Assembly: GCF_001593955.1 (NCBI RefSeq)
Contig: NZ_LTAZ01000005.1
Span: 1-24,000 of the forward strand
Direction of reading: 5' to 3'
Length of the DNA: 24,000 bases
DNA from: Halalkalicoccus paucihalophilus
Lineage (GTDB): Archaea > Halobacteriota > Halobacteria > Halobacteriales > Halalkalicoccaceae
The translations under genes were made by a program, and so were the position numbers. How positions within the stretch are numbered: the first letter of the stretch is position 1; the number at the start of each line of letters is the position of its first letter. The notes under the pieces were generated by a model. It saw only the letters and a program-made list of their open reading frames with translations, was not told the origin of the DNA and did not search any database. This document shows, piece by piece, positions 1 through 8,007 of this stretch.

Positions 1-648
1 CCCGGAATCTACAGCGAGAACCCCCGAATCGTCGCCCCGTGGGACGAGGAGGCCGGGGGCACGTGGATCGGCTACAACGAGTTCGGTGTGACGGCGGTGA
101 TCACGAACCGCTGGCTCGACAGCGAACTGGCCGCCGAGCGCTCGCGTGGCCTGCTCGTCGGCGACGCCCTCGAACGCGAGTCGGCCGAGGACGCCGCCCG
201 GTTCGTCGAGCGCTCAGTGAGGAAATCCGAGTACGACGGGTTCAACCTCGCGTTGATCGACGGAAACGCCGCGATCCTGTTGGAGTGGAACGGCTCCCTT
301 CGCGTGCGGAACCTCGATCCCGGCGTTCACGTCGTCGTCAACGTCGGCGCGGATGACGATTTCGAGATCCCCACCGAACGGGCGGCATTCGGCGAGCAAC
401 AGGCAGAAAGCGCCCGCCGGGCACGCGAGGTGCTCCAACCGGAACCCGGTGAGAGTGCGGACGAGTGGCACGAGCGGGCGGCCGCCACGCTTCGGGATCA
501 CGAGTACGGCTTTTGCGTGCATGCGGACGAATACGGCACGCGCTCGTCGTCGCTGCTTCGAACGGACGCGGATGGCGTCGAGTACCGGTTTGCCGACGGC
601 CCACCGTGTGAAACCGACCACGAGCGCGTGACGCTGGGGTCTGGCTGA
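1..648 (+). CDS. NRDE/TANGO2-family protein (DUF833-like), 5' end outside the window
   Basis: Frame 1 is open from base 1 (PGIYSENPRIVAPWDEEAGGTWIGYNEFGVTAVITNRW...), so the listed 88..648 ORF is only the GTG-initiated tail. The GGTWxG...TNRW block and the C-terminal HADEYGTRSSSLL block are typical of this family. Composition is acidic with high GC3. Confidence 0.6.
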   Translation, partial: PGIYSENPRIVAPWDEEAGGTWIGYNEFGVTAVITNRWLDSELAAERSRGLLVGDALERESAEDAARFVERSVRKSEYDGFNLALIDGNAAILLEWNGSLRVRNLDPGVHVVVNVGADDDFEIPTERAAFGEQQAESARRAREVLQPEPGESADEWHERAAATLRDHEYGFCVHADEYGTRSSSLLRTDADGVEYRFADGPPCETDHERVTLGSG

Positions 649-693
649 AATAGCAGGCACCGTGTTTATGCCGATTCACATTAGATAGCTGTC

Positions 694-1053
694 ATGCTGC
701 TCGATACCGTGATCGTGTTCCTGATCAGTTTGCTGGTCGGGAGTCTAGGGATCTACGTCGGCGTCAGCCTCGCTACTAACGAAGCCATCGGGTTCGGGGG
801 CGCGGCCCTCACCGCATTGTTGGGCGCACTCGCGTGGGGAGTCGTGAGTTTCTTCCTCGGATGGCTCCCGCTCGTCGGCGCACTACTGGCGCTGCTCGCG
901 TGGATCGGTGTGATCAACCTGCGTCACTCGGGCGGTTGGGGGACGGCGGCCCTGATCGGCCTCGTCGCGTGGCTCGTCGCCGGGGCCGTCCTCTACGCGC
1001 TCGCAACGGCCGGACTCGTCGCGGCGTCCGCGGTCGGAATCCCGGGCGTCTGA
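694..1053 (+). CDS. small hydrophobic membrane protein (about 4 TM segments), function unknown
   Basis: 119-codon ATG ORF, almost entirely hydrophobic or Gly/Ala-rich helices (LLVGSLGIYVGVSLA, ALLGALAWGVVSFFLGWLPLVGALLALLAWIGVI). No recognisable family. Confidence 0.5.
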   Translation: MLLDTVIVFLISLLVGSLGIYVGVSLATNEAIGFGGAALTALLGALAWGVVSFFLGWLPLVGALLALLAWIGVINLRHSGGWGTAALIGLVAWLVAGAVLYALATAGLVAASAVGIPGV

Positions 1054-1058
1054 GCGCT

Positions 1059-1649
1059 TTATTCGCCGTCGTCGACCATCGCGCCGAAGGTCTCCTCGGC
1101 GTCGGCTGGGACATCGAAGTCGTGGTAGTGTTCGCCCTTCTCCTTCGAGAGGATATCGAGCGCGGCGGCTGCGCCGTCGCCCGCCGAGATGACTGCCTGC
1201 CACTCCTCGGTTCGCCCCATCGCACCGGTCGCGTACGCGTCCTCGACGCTCGTTTCCATGCTCACGTCCACGTCGACGACGCCCTCGTCGGTGAACGCAC
1301 AGTCGAGGTCCTCGGCGAGGTCCCGATTCGCCCCGGTCGCGAGGATTAGGTAGTCGGCCTCGTACTCGCCGTCGTCGGTGGCGATCGAGAACCCGTCGTT
1401 CGAGGTCTCGACGCCGGTGACTTCCTCGCCCTGCTTCCTGTCCGCCCCGAAGTCGTCGACCTGCTGGCGTGCGGTCGCCATAAACGCGCTGCCGTCGACC
1501 GAGCCGATCCCGAGGTAGTTGAACAGGTGGGCTTTGTGCATCCACGTCCCGTCGGCGTCGAATACGATGGTACTCAGCCCGTTTTTCGCGGTGAACAGCG
1601 CCGCGCTCAGTCCCGCCGGTCCGCCGCCGACGATCGCTACGTCTGCCAT
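1059..1649 (-). CDS. FAD-binding oxidoreductase, thioredoxin-reductase-like FAD domain only
   Basis: N-terminal dinucleotide fold MADVAIVGGGPAGLSAALF, a mid ADYLILATGA block and a C-terminal AYATGAMGR...AVISAGDGAAAALDI block. No second GxGxxG (NADPH domain) and no CxxC. Confidence 0.75.
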   Translation of the reverse strand: MADVAIVGGGPAGLSAALFTAKNGLSTIVFDADGTWMHKAHLFNYLGIGSVDGSAFMATARQQVDDFGADRKQGEEVTGVETSNDGFSIATDDGEYEADYLILATGANRDLAEDLDCAFTDEGVVDVDVSMETSVEDAYATGAMGRTEEWQAVISAGDGAAAALDILSKEKGEHYHDFDVPADAEETFGAMVDDGE

Positions 1650-1826
1650 ATGGCACTAGATGTAATCGAATTGAATAACTCTAGTCTATCCGGATGATTT
1701 CACCGATGCTGTCGGAGTCCCGTCGACGGAATGCCCGTCTCCGACTGAAGGGGCTCCACGCTCGAACGCGCGACCGATTGAGATGGACAACGGGCAGTAT
1801 AAGCGCCCGCCGGTCGATTCCCCGCC

Positions 1827-2711
1827 GTGTCCCGGGTCTCGCCGCCGCTCGCGCTGGCGTTCTCGATCCTCGCGCTCAGTACGAGCGCGATCCTCGTGCG
1901 TTGGAGTACGGCCCCAAGCGTCGTCGTCGCCTTCTACCGCGTTCTGTTTACCCTCCTGTTGCTCGCTCCGGTCGCCCTGTTTCGCTACCGTGCCCATTTC
2001 CGCGCGCTCTCAGTGCGGGACGGCGCGGTCGCGGCCGTTACGGGCGTCGCGCTCGCGATCCACTTCGCGGCGTGGTTCGAGAGCCTGAACTGGACGAGCG
2101 TCGCCGCGAGCGTCACGCTGGTCCAAACCCAGCCGATCTTCGTCGCACTCGGAGCGTTCTTCCTGCTCAACGAACGGGTTACCGTCCGTACAGTCGGAGG
2201 GATCGTCCTCGCGCTCGTCGGCGCAGCGGTGATGTCCGTAAGCGACCTCCTTTTTGGTTCCGCGTTCGCGGGCACCGCCCTCTACGGCAACGCGCTCGCC
2301 CTCGTCGGCGGCGTGATGGCCGCCTGCTACGTACTCGCTGGGCGGTCGCTCCGTCAACGGATCGCCCTGCTTCCCTACGTCACCGTCGTCTACGGCGCTT
2401 GCACCCTCACGTTGTTCGTGATCGCGCTCGCGAGCGGCGGGGCTCTCACGGGTTATCCGGCCCGCGAGTGGGCCCTCTTCGCGGCGATGGCGATCGGACC
2501 GGGCGTGTTCGGTCACACGGTCGTCAACTGGGCGCTCGCACACGTCGAATCGAGCGTCGTCAGCGTCTCGCTTCTCGGCGAGCCGGTCGGCGCAACGCTG
2601 CTCGCACTCGTTTTGCTCGCCGAGGTGCCCGGCACGGCGACCGTTCTCGGAGGAACGACCGTTCTCGTCGGCATCTTTCTCACGGCACGCGCCCAGCGAC
2701 TCGACACCTGA
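1827..2711 (+). CDS. EamA/DMT-family (drug/metabolite) transporter
   Basis: 294-codon GTG ORF with about 10 predicted TM helices in two EamA-like halves (ALSTSAILVRWS..., GHTVVNWALAHVESSVVSVSLLGEPVGATLLALVLLAE). Confidence 0.8.
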   Translation: MSRVSPPLALAFSILALSTSAILVRWSTAPSVVVAFYRVLFTLLLLAPVALFRYRAHFRALSVRDGAVAAVTGVALAIHFAAWFESLNWTSVAASVTLVQTQPIFVALGAFFLLNERVTVRTVGGIVLALVGAAVMSVSDLLFGSAFAGTALYGNALALVGGVMAACYVLAGRSLRQRIALLPYVTVVYGACTLTLFVIALASGGALTGYPAREWALFAAMAIGPGVFGHTVVNWALAHVESSVVSVSLLGEPVGATLLALVLLAEVPGTATVLGGTTVLVGIFLTARAQRLDT

Positions 2712-2715
2712 AATT

Positions 2716-2765
2716 CCGGCCAGTCGCCCGACTTCGGGCCGATTGGTGAGGGTGGTGAAACCACC
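2716..2765. terminator. short hairpins in the convergent spacer between the EamA gene and arlJ
   Basis: GCCCG-ACTT-CGGGC (2726-2739) and GGTGG-TGAAA-CCACC (2751-2765) lie between two converging stop codons. The stems are short and there is no strong oligo-T, so the termination role is only suggestive. Confidence 0.25.
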
Positions 2766-2767
2766 GA

Positions 2768-4405
2768 TCAGACGTTCAAGAACAGGTCGACGAGTCGCGT
2801 GGTCACGACGACGGTGATACAGCCGAGCCACGTCAGTAACATGAAGTGAATGAACGAGTTCGCCTTGTTGCCGCCGTCAACGGTCCGGATCATGATCGCT
2901 GACAGTAGCGCGTTGAAGAGGATGACGACCAGCAGCAGGTAACGAATGAGGGCGATGTTGTAGACTTCGGTGTAGATGAGCTGACCCAGTCCGAGCTGAT
3001 GGGTCGCTGCCATATCGATGTCCATTTCCGAGAGGATCGCGACGACCTCGAGGCCGATGAAGAAGGCGAATGCGGAGGCGGCGGTGATCCCGTAGAGCAG
3101 TCCGACGAGCGTCGTCGCCGCCTGCCGGCGCTGTTCGCGCAGTTGGTTGACCTCGCTCATGTTCGTGCTGATCAGTTCGCCGAGCCGACGGGGACTGCCG
3201 CCCATCTCCCGGCCGACGAGGTACATCTCGCTGAACTTCTGGATGAGATACGAGCGCGAATCGGTCGCGAAGTAGCGCCACGCCAGCGCGGGGTCGAGTC
3301 GCATGTTGAGCCGTTTGTACAGGTCGTCGATCTCGTCGGTGAGCGGCCCGAAGTCCTTGGTCCGGAGCGTCGAGAGCACGTCCGAGGTCGTGCTGCGTTT
3401 CGCGCTCTCGCTGGCCCCGAGCGCGCGGATGAAGCTGGGGAATTCCCCGTCGCGGCCCGTAATCAGCTGCTCTTCGTGTCGCAGAACGAGTCCAGGGAGC
3501 AACAGCGGTGTCAGCGGGAGCGCGAGATACAGCGGCTCGGGAAGCGAATCGCGCAGAAAGAGGGTTTGAAGGCCGATCGGGCCGACGCCGAACAGACCGA
3601 GCGCGGCGAGGACGATCAACAGGACCGACAGCGCGCCGCCGGCGACGAAGCTCACGAGGATGCGGGCCTCGCCGTTCGGGCGGAGTTTCTCGGGGTGATA
3701 CCAGATCGGGTCGTGGGGCGACATCGTTCGGATGACGAAGTAGAACCCCAGTTGGACGAACATGAACATCATCAGCACGGCCGCGACGGTATAAGTCGGA
3801 TTCGTCCCCGTCAGGATCGGGAGGACGATCGCGAACACCAGCGCGAACGTCATCGAGAGGATCATCGACATGTAGAGGTCCTTCATCACCTCGATGTTGC
3901 CGAGCGTGCTCTCGTAGACGGTGGTGTACTGGCTGATCATCACGTCCTGTTCGGAGATGAGGAAATCCGAGAGGGCCTGTCCGGCACCCAGCGTGTACGC
4001 GAGGCGATCGAGAAAGTCCGCAAGCGCGTCGCTCGGAACGACCGCCGCCCGGCGACGGCAGGCGTCGTCGAGGCTCTGGTTCCACATATCGACGATCTGG
4101 ACGATTCGCCCCATCTCGCGGGCGAGTTCGCCGTATTCGTCCTCGCGGGAGAGGATCCGAAACACCTCTATCCGGTCGATGTTGGTCGTCGAGAGGATCG
4201 TCATGTGGGTGATCAGCAGGTGGAACTGATTTTCGATCTCGATCTTTCGCCGGCTCGCGAGCAGTTTCGGGTAGACGAGGGCCGCCCCGAGTGCGAGTAG
4301 GCCCAACAGCGGGATCGGGAGACGGACGAACAACGGATACGGGAGGAACAGCCCTGCCAGAAGCGAACAGAGGAACAGGACTCCGGCGGGGAGCAGGACG
4401 GTCAC
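2768..4405 (-). CDS. arlJ: archaellum assembly membrane protein ArlJ/FlaJ (body; see displaced 5' segment 4402..4512)
   Basis: 545-codon polytopic membrane protein with two T2SS-F/TadC-like cytoplasmic repeats (IDRIEVFRILSREDEYGELAREMGRIV; FPSFIRALGASESAKRSTTSDVLSTLRTKDFGPLTDEIDDLYKRL). It is the last gene of the arl operon, directly after arlI. The listed start is GTG 4405. Confidence 0.9.
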   Translation of the reverse strand: MTVLLPAGVLFLCSLLAGLFLPYPLFVRLPIPLLGLLALGAALVYPKLLASRRKIEIENQFHLLITHMTILSTTNIDRIEVFRILSREDEYGELAREMGRIVQIVDMWNQSLDDACRRRAAVVPSDALADFLDRLAYTLGAGQALSDFLISEQDVMISQYTTVYESTLGNIEVMKDLYMSMILSMTFALVFAIVLPILTGTNPTYTVAAVLMMFMFVQLGFYFVIRTMSPHDPIWYHPEKLRPNGEARILVSFVAGGALSVLLIVLAALGLFGVGPIGLQTLFLRDSLPEPLYLALPLTPLLLPGLVLRHEEQLITGRDGEFPSFIRALGASESAKRSTTSDVLSTLRTKDFGPLTDEIDDLYKRLNMRLDPALAWRYFATDSRSYLIQKFSEMYLVGREMGGSPRRLGELISTNMSEVNQLREQRRQAATTLVGLLYGITAASAFAFFIGLEVVAILSEMDIDMAATHQLGLGQLIYTEVYNIALIRYLLLVVILFNALLSAIMIRTVDGGNKANSFIHFMLLTWLGCITVVVTTRLVDLFLNV

Positions 4406-4512
4406 CGATAGCGTGCGACCGGCATCTCCATGTAGCGATAGGATCGGACGGTGTCGCTCATCGTCGTCGAGAGCGTCTCGATGAGCCCGTCGTGCCAGTC
4501 ACTCGCCGCCAT
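4402..4512 (-). other. orphan 5' segment of arlJ: 36 codons in a different frame from the arlJ body
   Basis: ATG at 4512-4510 overlaps the arlI stop as TAATG. It encodes MAASDWHDGLIETLSTTMSDTVRSYRYMEMPVARYR and then TGA (4404-4402). GC3 is about 31/36 and the peptide is acidic, so it looks coding. The GTG of the arlJ body (4405-4403) overlaps this stop in another frame. Confidence 0.7.
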
Positions 4513-6206
4513 TAGCGCCTCGACCGGTGGATGTCGAAGGGGAGTCCATCGACCCCGTCGCGCTGGAACGTGGCGATCGTCTCGTTTACGTCGTGATACC
4601 CGGTGATCCCCTCCTCGATCATCCGCTCGAGGATCTCGGCGCGGAACTCCAGATCGGTGTAGATCTCGCGGGTGTCGGCGTATCCCAGTAGGGTGGCGAT
4701 CTGCTCTTCGAGCACGTAGGAGTTGTTCATCCCCTGAAAGACGATCTCGTCTTCGACGGGGTCCCAGTAGAACACCTGTCGGGTGACGACGCCGTCCATC
4801 TCCTTCGAGTAGCCCTCGATCTCCTGAACGCTCGTCACACGCCGAAGAACGTCATCGCCCTGTTTGACACGGTTCTGGAAGATGGCCACGTCGGCGTTGT
4901 CCATGAAGGTCTGCGGGATGTTGATCGGATCACCGGTGAAACGCTGGACCATCGAGACGATGTCGCTGGCGTGGAAGGTCAGCATCACCGGGTGACCGGT
5001 TTGAGCGGCCTGAAACGCCATGCGTCCCTCCTCGCCACGGACCTCGCCGACGACGATGTAATCCGGCCGCGATCGCAGTGCGGCGGCGACCAGATCGAAC
5101 ATGTCGACGTCCTCGCTGTCGCCGCCGCCCTCCCGAGTCAGGAGCTGTTGCCACGTGTCGTGCGGTGGCACCACCTCGGCGGTGTCTTCGGCGGTGTAGA
5201 TCTTCGAATCACGGGGAATGAAGGACATGATGGCGTTGAGCGTCGTCGTCTTCCCGCTTGCGGTCTCGCCGACGACGAAGACGGTCTGTTCGTTCTCGAG
5301 ACAGAGCCACAGGTAGGCGGCGAGTTCGGGCGAGAGCGTTCCCCACTCGGTGATCTGGGCCACCGACAGCGGGATCTCCTCGCCCTGTCGAATGGTGAGA
5401 CTCGGTCCTTTGATGCTCACGTCGTCGGAGTAGATGAGGTTGAGTCGCGAGCCGTCGGGCAGGGTGGAGTCGACGATCGGATCGGCATCGCTAACCGGGT
5501 CGCCGATACGCTCGCCGAGGTTCCGAATCCACTGTTGGAACTGCTCGGGACGACCGAAATCGACGGTCGTCTTCAACATCCCGTAGACCCCGTGGTCGAC
5601 GTAACACTCGTGTGGGCCGATGACGTGGATGTCCTCGTTTGCGGGGTCCCGGAGGACGGCTTCGAGGGGGCCAAGCCCGACGATGTCGCGGGTGAGTCGA
5701 TAACGGAGGGTCTCATAGGTCTCGGGGGTGACCTGATAGCGCCCCGTCGAGAGCCGCCGGGAGATGGCGTCCTTCCAATCCGGTGGCTCGTCGTCGGTGT
5801 ACGTCGTCGCCGCGAGCAACTCCTCGATCCGGTCGCCGTATTCGCCTTCGTTTTCGGGGGCGGCGTGGTCGACGCTTCTTCGCAGTAGCTCGCTTTTGAT
5901 GTCCTCGTAGAGGTCGAGGTCCGCCTCCGAAAGCGTGGGCTCGACGACGTGGTAGACCGTCTCCTGACCGACGTCGCCGTAGATGTGACAGTAGATCGGA
6001 CCACCGACGGAATACAGGACGTTCGGGTAGTGTGTCTCGTACTCGCCGTCGGCCCCCTCGATGAGGAGGGGGAATTCGCCGCTGGCCTGCTTCGTTCTCA
6101 GCAGGTAATCGCGCAGATGGGGCTGGTCGGCGACGAGTTCGCGCAGCGCCTTCGACGGTTTGACGGTTCCCTGTTCGGTCGTCTCAGGCGACGCTACGGC
6201 TCTCGA
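4512..6206 (-). CDS. arlI: archaellum ATPase ArlI/FlaI (start codon unresolved)
   Basis: The body has secretion-ATPase motifs (Walker A GETASGKTTTLNA, DYIVVGEVRGEE, TGHPVMLTFHA). The listed ORF starts at TTG 5819. The same frame stays open upstream to 6206 and encodes the conserved FlaI N-terminal domain (LRELVADQPHLRDYL...HYPNVLYSVGGPIYCHIYGDVGQETVYHVVEPTLSEADLDLYEDIK). That stretch contains no ATG/GTG/TTG. Confidence 0.85.
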   Translation of the reverse strand, partial: SRAVASPETTEQGTVKPSKALRELVADQPHLRDYLLRTKQASGEFPLLIEGADGEYETHYPNVLYSVGGPIYCHIYGDVGQETVYHVVEPTLSEADLDLYEDIKSELLRRSVDHAAPENEGEYGDRIEELLAATTYTDDEPPDWKDAISRRLSTGRYQVTPETYETLRYRLTRDIVGLGPLEAVLRDPANEDIHVIGPHECYVDHGVYGMLKTTVDFGRPEQFQQWIRNLGERIGDPVSDADPIVDSTLPDGSRLNLIYSDDVSIKGPSLTIRQGEEIPLSVAQITEWGTLSPELAAYLWLCLENEQTVFVVGETASGKTTTLNAIMSFIPRDSKIYTAEDTAEVVPPHDTWQQLLTREGGGDSEDVDMFDLVAAALRSRPDYIVVGEVRGEEGRMAFQAAQTGHPVMLTFHASDIVSMVQRFTGDPINIPQTFMDNADVAIFQNRVKQGDDVLRRVTSVQEIEGYSKEMDGVVTRQVFYWDPVEDEIVFQGMNNSYVLEEQIATLLGYADTREIYTDLEFRAEILERMIEEGITGYHDVNETIATFQRDGVDGLPFDIHRSRR

Positions 6207-6942
6207 TCACGATGCCGGTGCCCGAGCGCACGGAGTAGCCGATCGTGTCCCCGACTTGCTCGCCCATTCCCGCAAAGCGTTTGACCGATATCTGTCGGCG
6301 CACGTCGTTACCGACCTCGATCATCTGGAGCTGCAAGAACACGTCCGCGATCGATCTGAAGGGACCGATCGCCTCCTCGTCGACCGTCGAGGGATCGACG
6401 GTGAGGACGATGGTCTTGCCCCGCGAGGTCAGGCTCCGGAAGAACGAAATGATCTCGAGGGCGGCCTGGCGTTCGTCGTTCTGTCTGATGAGTGCCTCGA
6501 ACGTGGGGTCGTTCCTCAGGATCGCGTCGAACGTATCGAGGACGATCACGTCCCGCTCCCACATGGTTTCGGCCTCCATCAGCCGGGTGAGCAGTTCGCG
6601 GCGTTTCCCGTCGGAATTCCCGCCCGAAAACGTCTGCCCGGTATCGAAGTCGGCGTGTAAGAACAACAGCCGCTCGTCGAGCAGGTGCGAGACCATGTCG
6701 TACGAAAGCGAGTGCATCTGTTCGACGAACCCGCCGACGGTGAGTTCGGTCGAGAGGAGTGTAACGGTCCGATCGGTCTCACAGAGCCCGTAGCTGAAAC
6801 GCTGGGAGAGCGCGCTCTTTCCGGCACCGTAATCGCCCTCTATGAGGACGATACTGCCCCGCGGAAGGCCGCCACCGAGCTCCGTGTTGAGACGGTCGTG
6901 ATCGTCCAACCCGAGCGAGAGGAGGTTCGTGTGTGTACTCAT
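6184..6942 (-). CDS. arlH: archaellum KaiC/RecA-like ATPase ArlH/FlaH
   Basis: Walker A GDYGAGKS. I moved the start to ATG 6942 (MSTHTNLLSLGLDDHDRLNTELGGGLPRGS...), which overlaps the arlCE stop as ATGA. The 89 upstream codons of the listed 341-aa ORF are Arg-rich and overlap arlCE. Confidence 0.9.
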   Translation of the reverse strand: MSTHTNLLSLGLDDHDRLNTELGGGLPRGSIVLIEGDYGAGKSALSQRFSYGLCETDRTVTLLSTELTVGGFVEQMHSLSYDMVSHLLDERLLFLHADFDTGQTFSGGNSDGKRRELLTRLMEAETMWERDVIVLDTFDAILRNDPTFEALIRQNDERQAALEIISFFRSLTSRGKTIVLTVDPSTVDEEAIGPFRSIADVFLQLQMIEVGNDVRRQISVKRFAGMGEQVGDTIGYSVRSGTGIVIESRSVA

Positions 6943-7931
6943 TGTTCTGCCCGCCGCGAGCCGTCGGTCCATCCCTCGAGGACGACGGGTGCCGCCGTGC
7001 TGCTCGCCAGTTGGCAGATATACCGGAGACTCTGGGTGTGATCCGCGACCGAAAGCCCCTGTTGGTCCCCCTCGTCCGCTTCGAATCCGGCGATGAACGC
7101 CCGGAGCTGGTCGCCCGCGTCCTCGTCGATCCACCTGATCGATTCGTAGTACTCGATCGCCGTCTCGGCCTGTTCGATTCCGCCCGTCTCGACGAGATAC
7201 TCGAGCCACTCGAGAATGAGGAGATCAGCGACGTAGCCGTCCGCCGGCCCTCGGAGATAGGGCTTCTCGGCGTCGGGAACCTCACTCAGCGTCCGCTCCG
7301 TGTGCCGCTGGTCGCTTTCGGCCGCCCGCGGTCCTTCGACCGGGACGATGGCGGAGCCGTCCACCGAGGAATCCGACTCCTCGGCGGTTACTTCCTCGGA
7401 TTCGTACTCGGCTTTGAGGTCGTCGAAATCGGTCGATCCCGCGTCGTCTCCGGACTCTTCGGGATCGTCGTCGAACGCGGCGGCCTCGTCCGTAGTTTCG
7501 TCACCGTCGAACAGCCCGAGCGAGCCGTTGGAGGCGCCGCCACCCGCCCCGTCCTCGTCGTCGGTGAACGGATTGACCCCGCGAGTCACCATCTCGTAGA
7601 CGTTCAACAGCTTGCGGACGTTCTCTTCGATCTCCTCGTTCTCGCTTCGGATCGTGTTGACCGTCGAGGTGATGCTCTCGAGTTCCGTCTCGACGTCATC
7701 GACCCGCTGTTCGAGCTCCTCCGTAGCGTATTCGTCGTCATCACCGGCCATCGAGAGTTCGCCCAACTCCTCTTCGCTACCGCGCCCGTTGCCCGTTTCG
7801 CCGAACCCCTCATCGAACGGGTCCTCGGTTGTGCTTCCGCCGTCGGTGGCTGGCTGGTCGCCTCTCGACTCGGTTCGGTGTCGCCTCGCAGACGATCGAA
7901 CAAGCTCATTCCGACCGCCCCGACTGAACAC
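6939..7931 (-). CDS. arlCE: archaellum accessory protein, FlaC-like coiled coil fused to a FlaD/E domain (ArlCE-type)
   Basis: Very acidic. N-terminal FlaC-like region EELEQRVDDVETELESITSTVNTIRSENEEIEENVRKLLNVYEMVTRGVNPF. C-terminal FlaD/E domain ADLLILEWLEYLVETGGIEQAETAIEYYESIRWIDEDAGDQLRAFIAGF. The start is uncertain: GTG 7931, an internal ATG 7751, or ATG 7909 in another frame. Confidence 0.8.
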   Translation of the reverse strand: MFSRGGRNELVRSSARRHRTESRGDQPATDGGSTTEDPFDEGFGETGNGRGSEEELGELSMAGDDDEYATEELEQRVDDVETELESITSTVNTIRSENEEIEENVRKLLNVYEMVTRGVNPFTDDEDGAGGGASNGSLGLFDGDETTDEAAAFDDDPEESGDDAGSTDFDDLKAEYESEEVTAEESDSSVDGSAIVPVEGPRAAESDQRHTERTLSEVPDAEKPYLRGPADGYVADLLILEWLEYLVETGGIEQAETAIEYYESIRWIDEDAGDQLRAFIAGFEADEGDQQGLSVADHTQSLRYICQLASSTAAPVVLEGWTDGSRRAEQ

Positions 7932-8007
7932 CGAGTGTCATACCTACCGTTTCAACGATCATACCATTAAAAATATGTAGTTACTATTTAATGTTTCGGC
8001 TACAATA

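Noticed and set aside
1711-1745. Nested palindromes in the divergent spacer: GTCGGAG...CTCCGAC arms enclosing CCGTCGACGG, with an alternative GACGG/CCGTC hairpin.
   Set aside because: The stems are short and GC-rich in GC-rich DNA, and there is no recognisable riboswitch or attenuator architecture. This is likely coincidental or part of a 5' UTR.
2999-4300. 433-aa plus-strand ORF antisense to arlJ. Similar long antisense or alternative-frame ORFs: 883..1656(-), 1694..2749(+), 2010..2831(-), 2877..4085(-), 4971..5888(+), 6933..7970(+), 11489..12322(+), 20361..21506(-).
   Set aside because: They are Arg/Gly/Pro/Asp-rich and low-complexity. Each mirrors or overlaps a gene with strong family motifs. 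Such shadow ORFs are expected in stop-codon-poor GC-rich DNA.
6943-7209. 89-codon N-terminal extension of arlH.
   Set aside because: It is Arg-rich and overlaps the conserved FlaD/E domain of arlCE in another frame. ATG 6942 gives the normal FlaH N-terminus with an ATGA overlap.
7974-7979. TACATA (minus strand) just upstream of a TTTTTAA element before arlCE. It matches the hexamer bound by the Methanococcus archaellum activator EarA. A near-match ACATAT occurs upstream of the archaellin gene.
   Set aside because: A 6-mer in AT-rich promoter DNA is expected by chance. I cannot establish that the adjacent wHTH protein is an EarA homologue.
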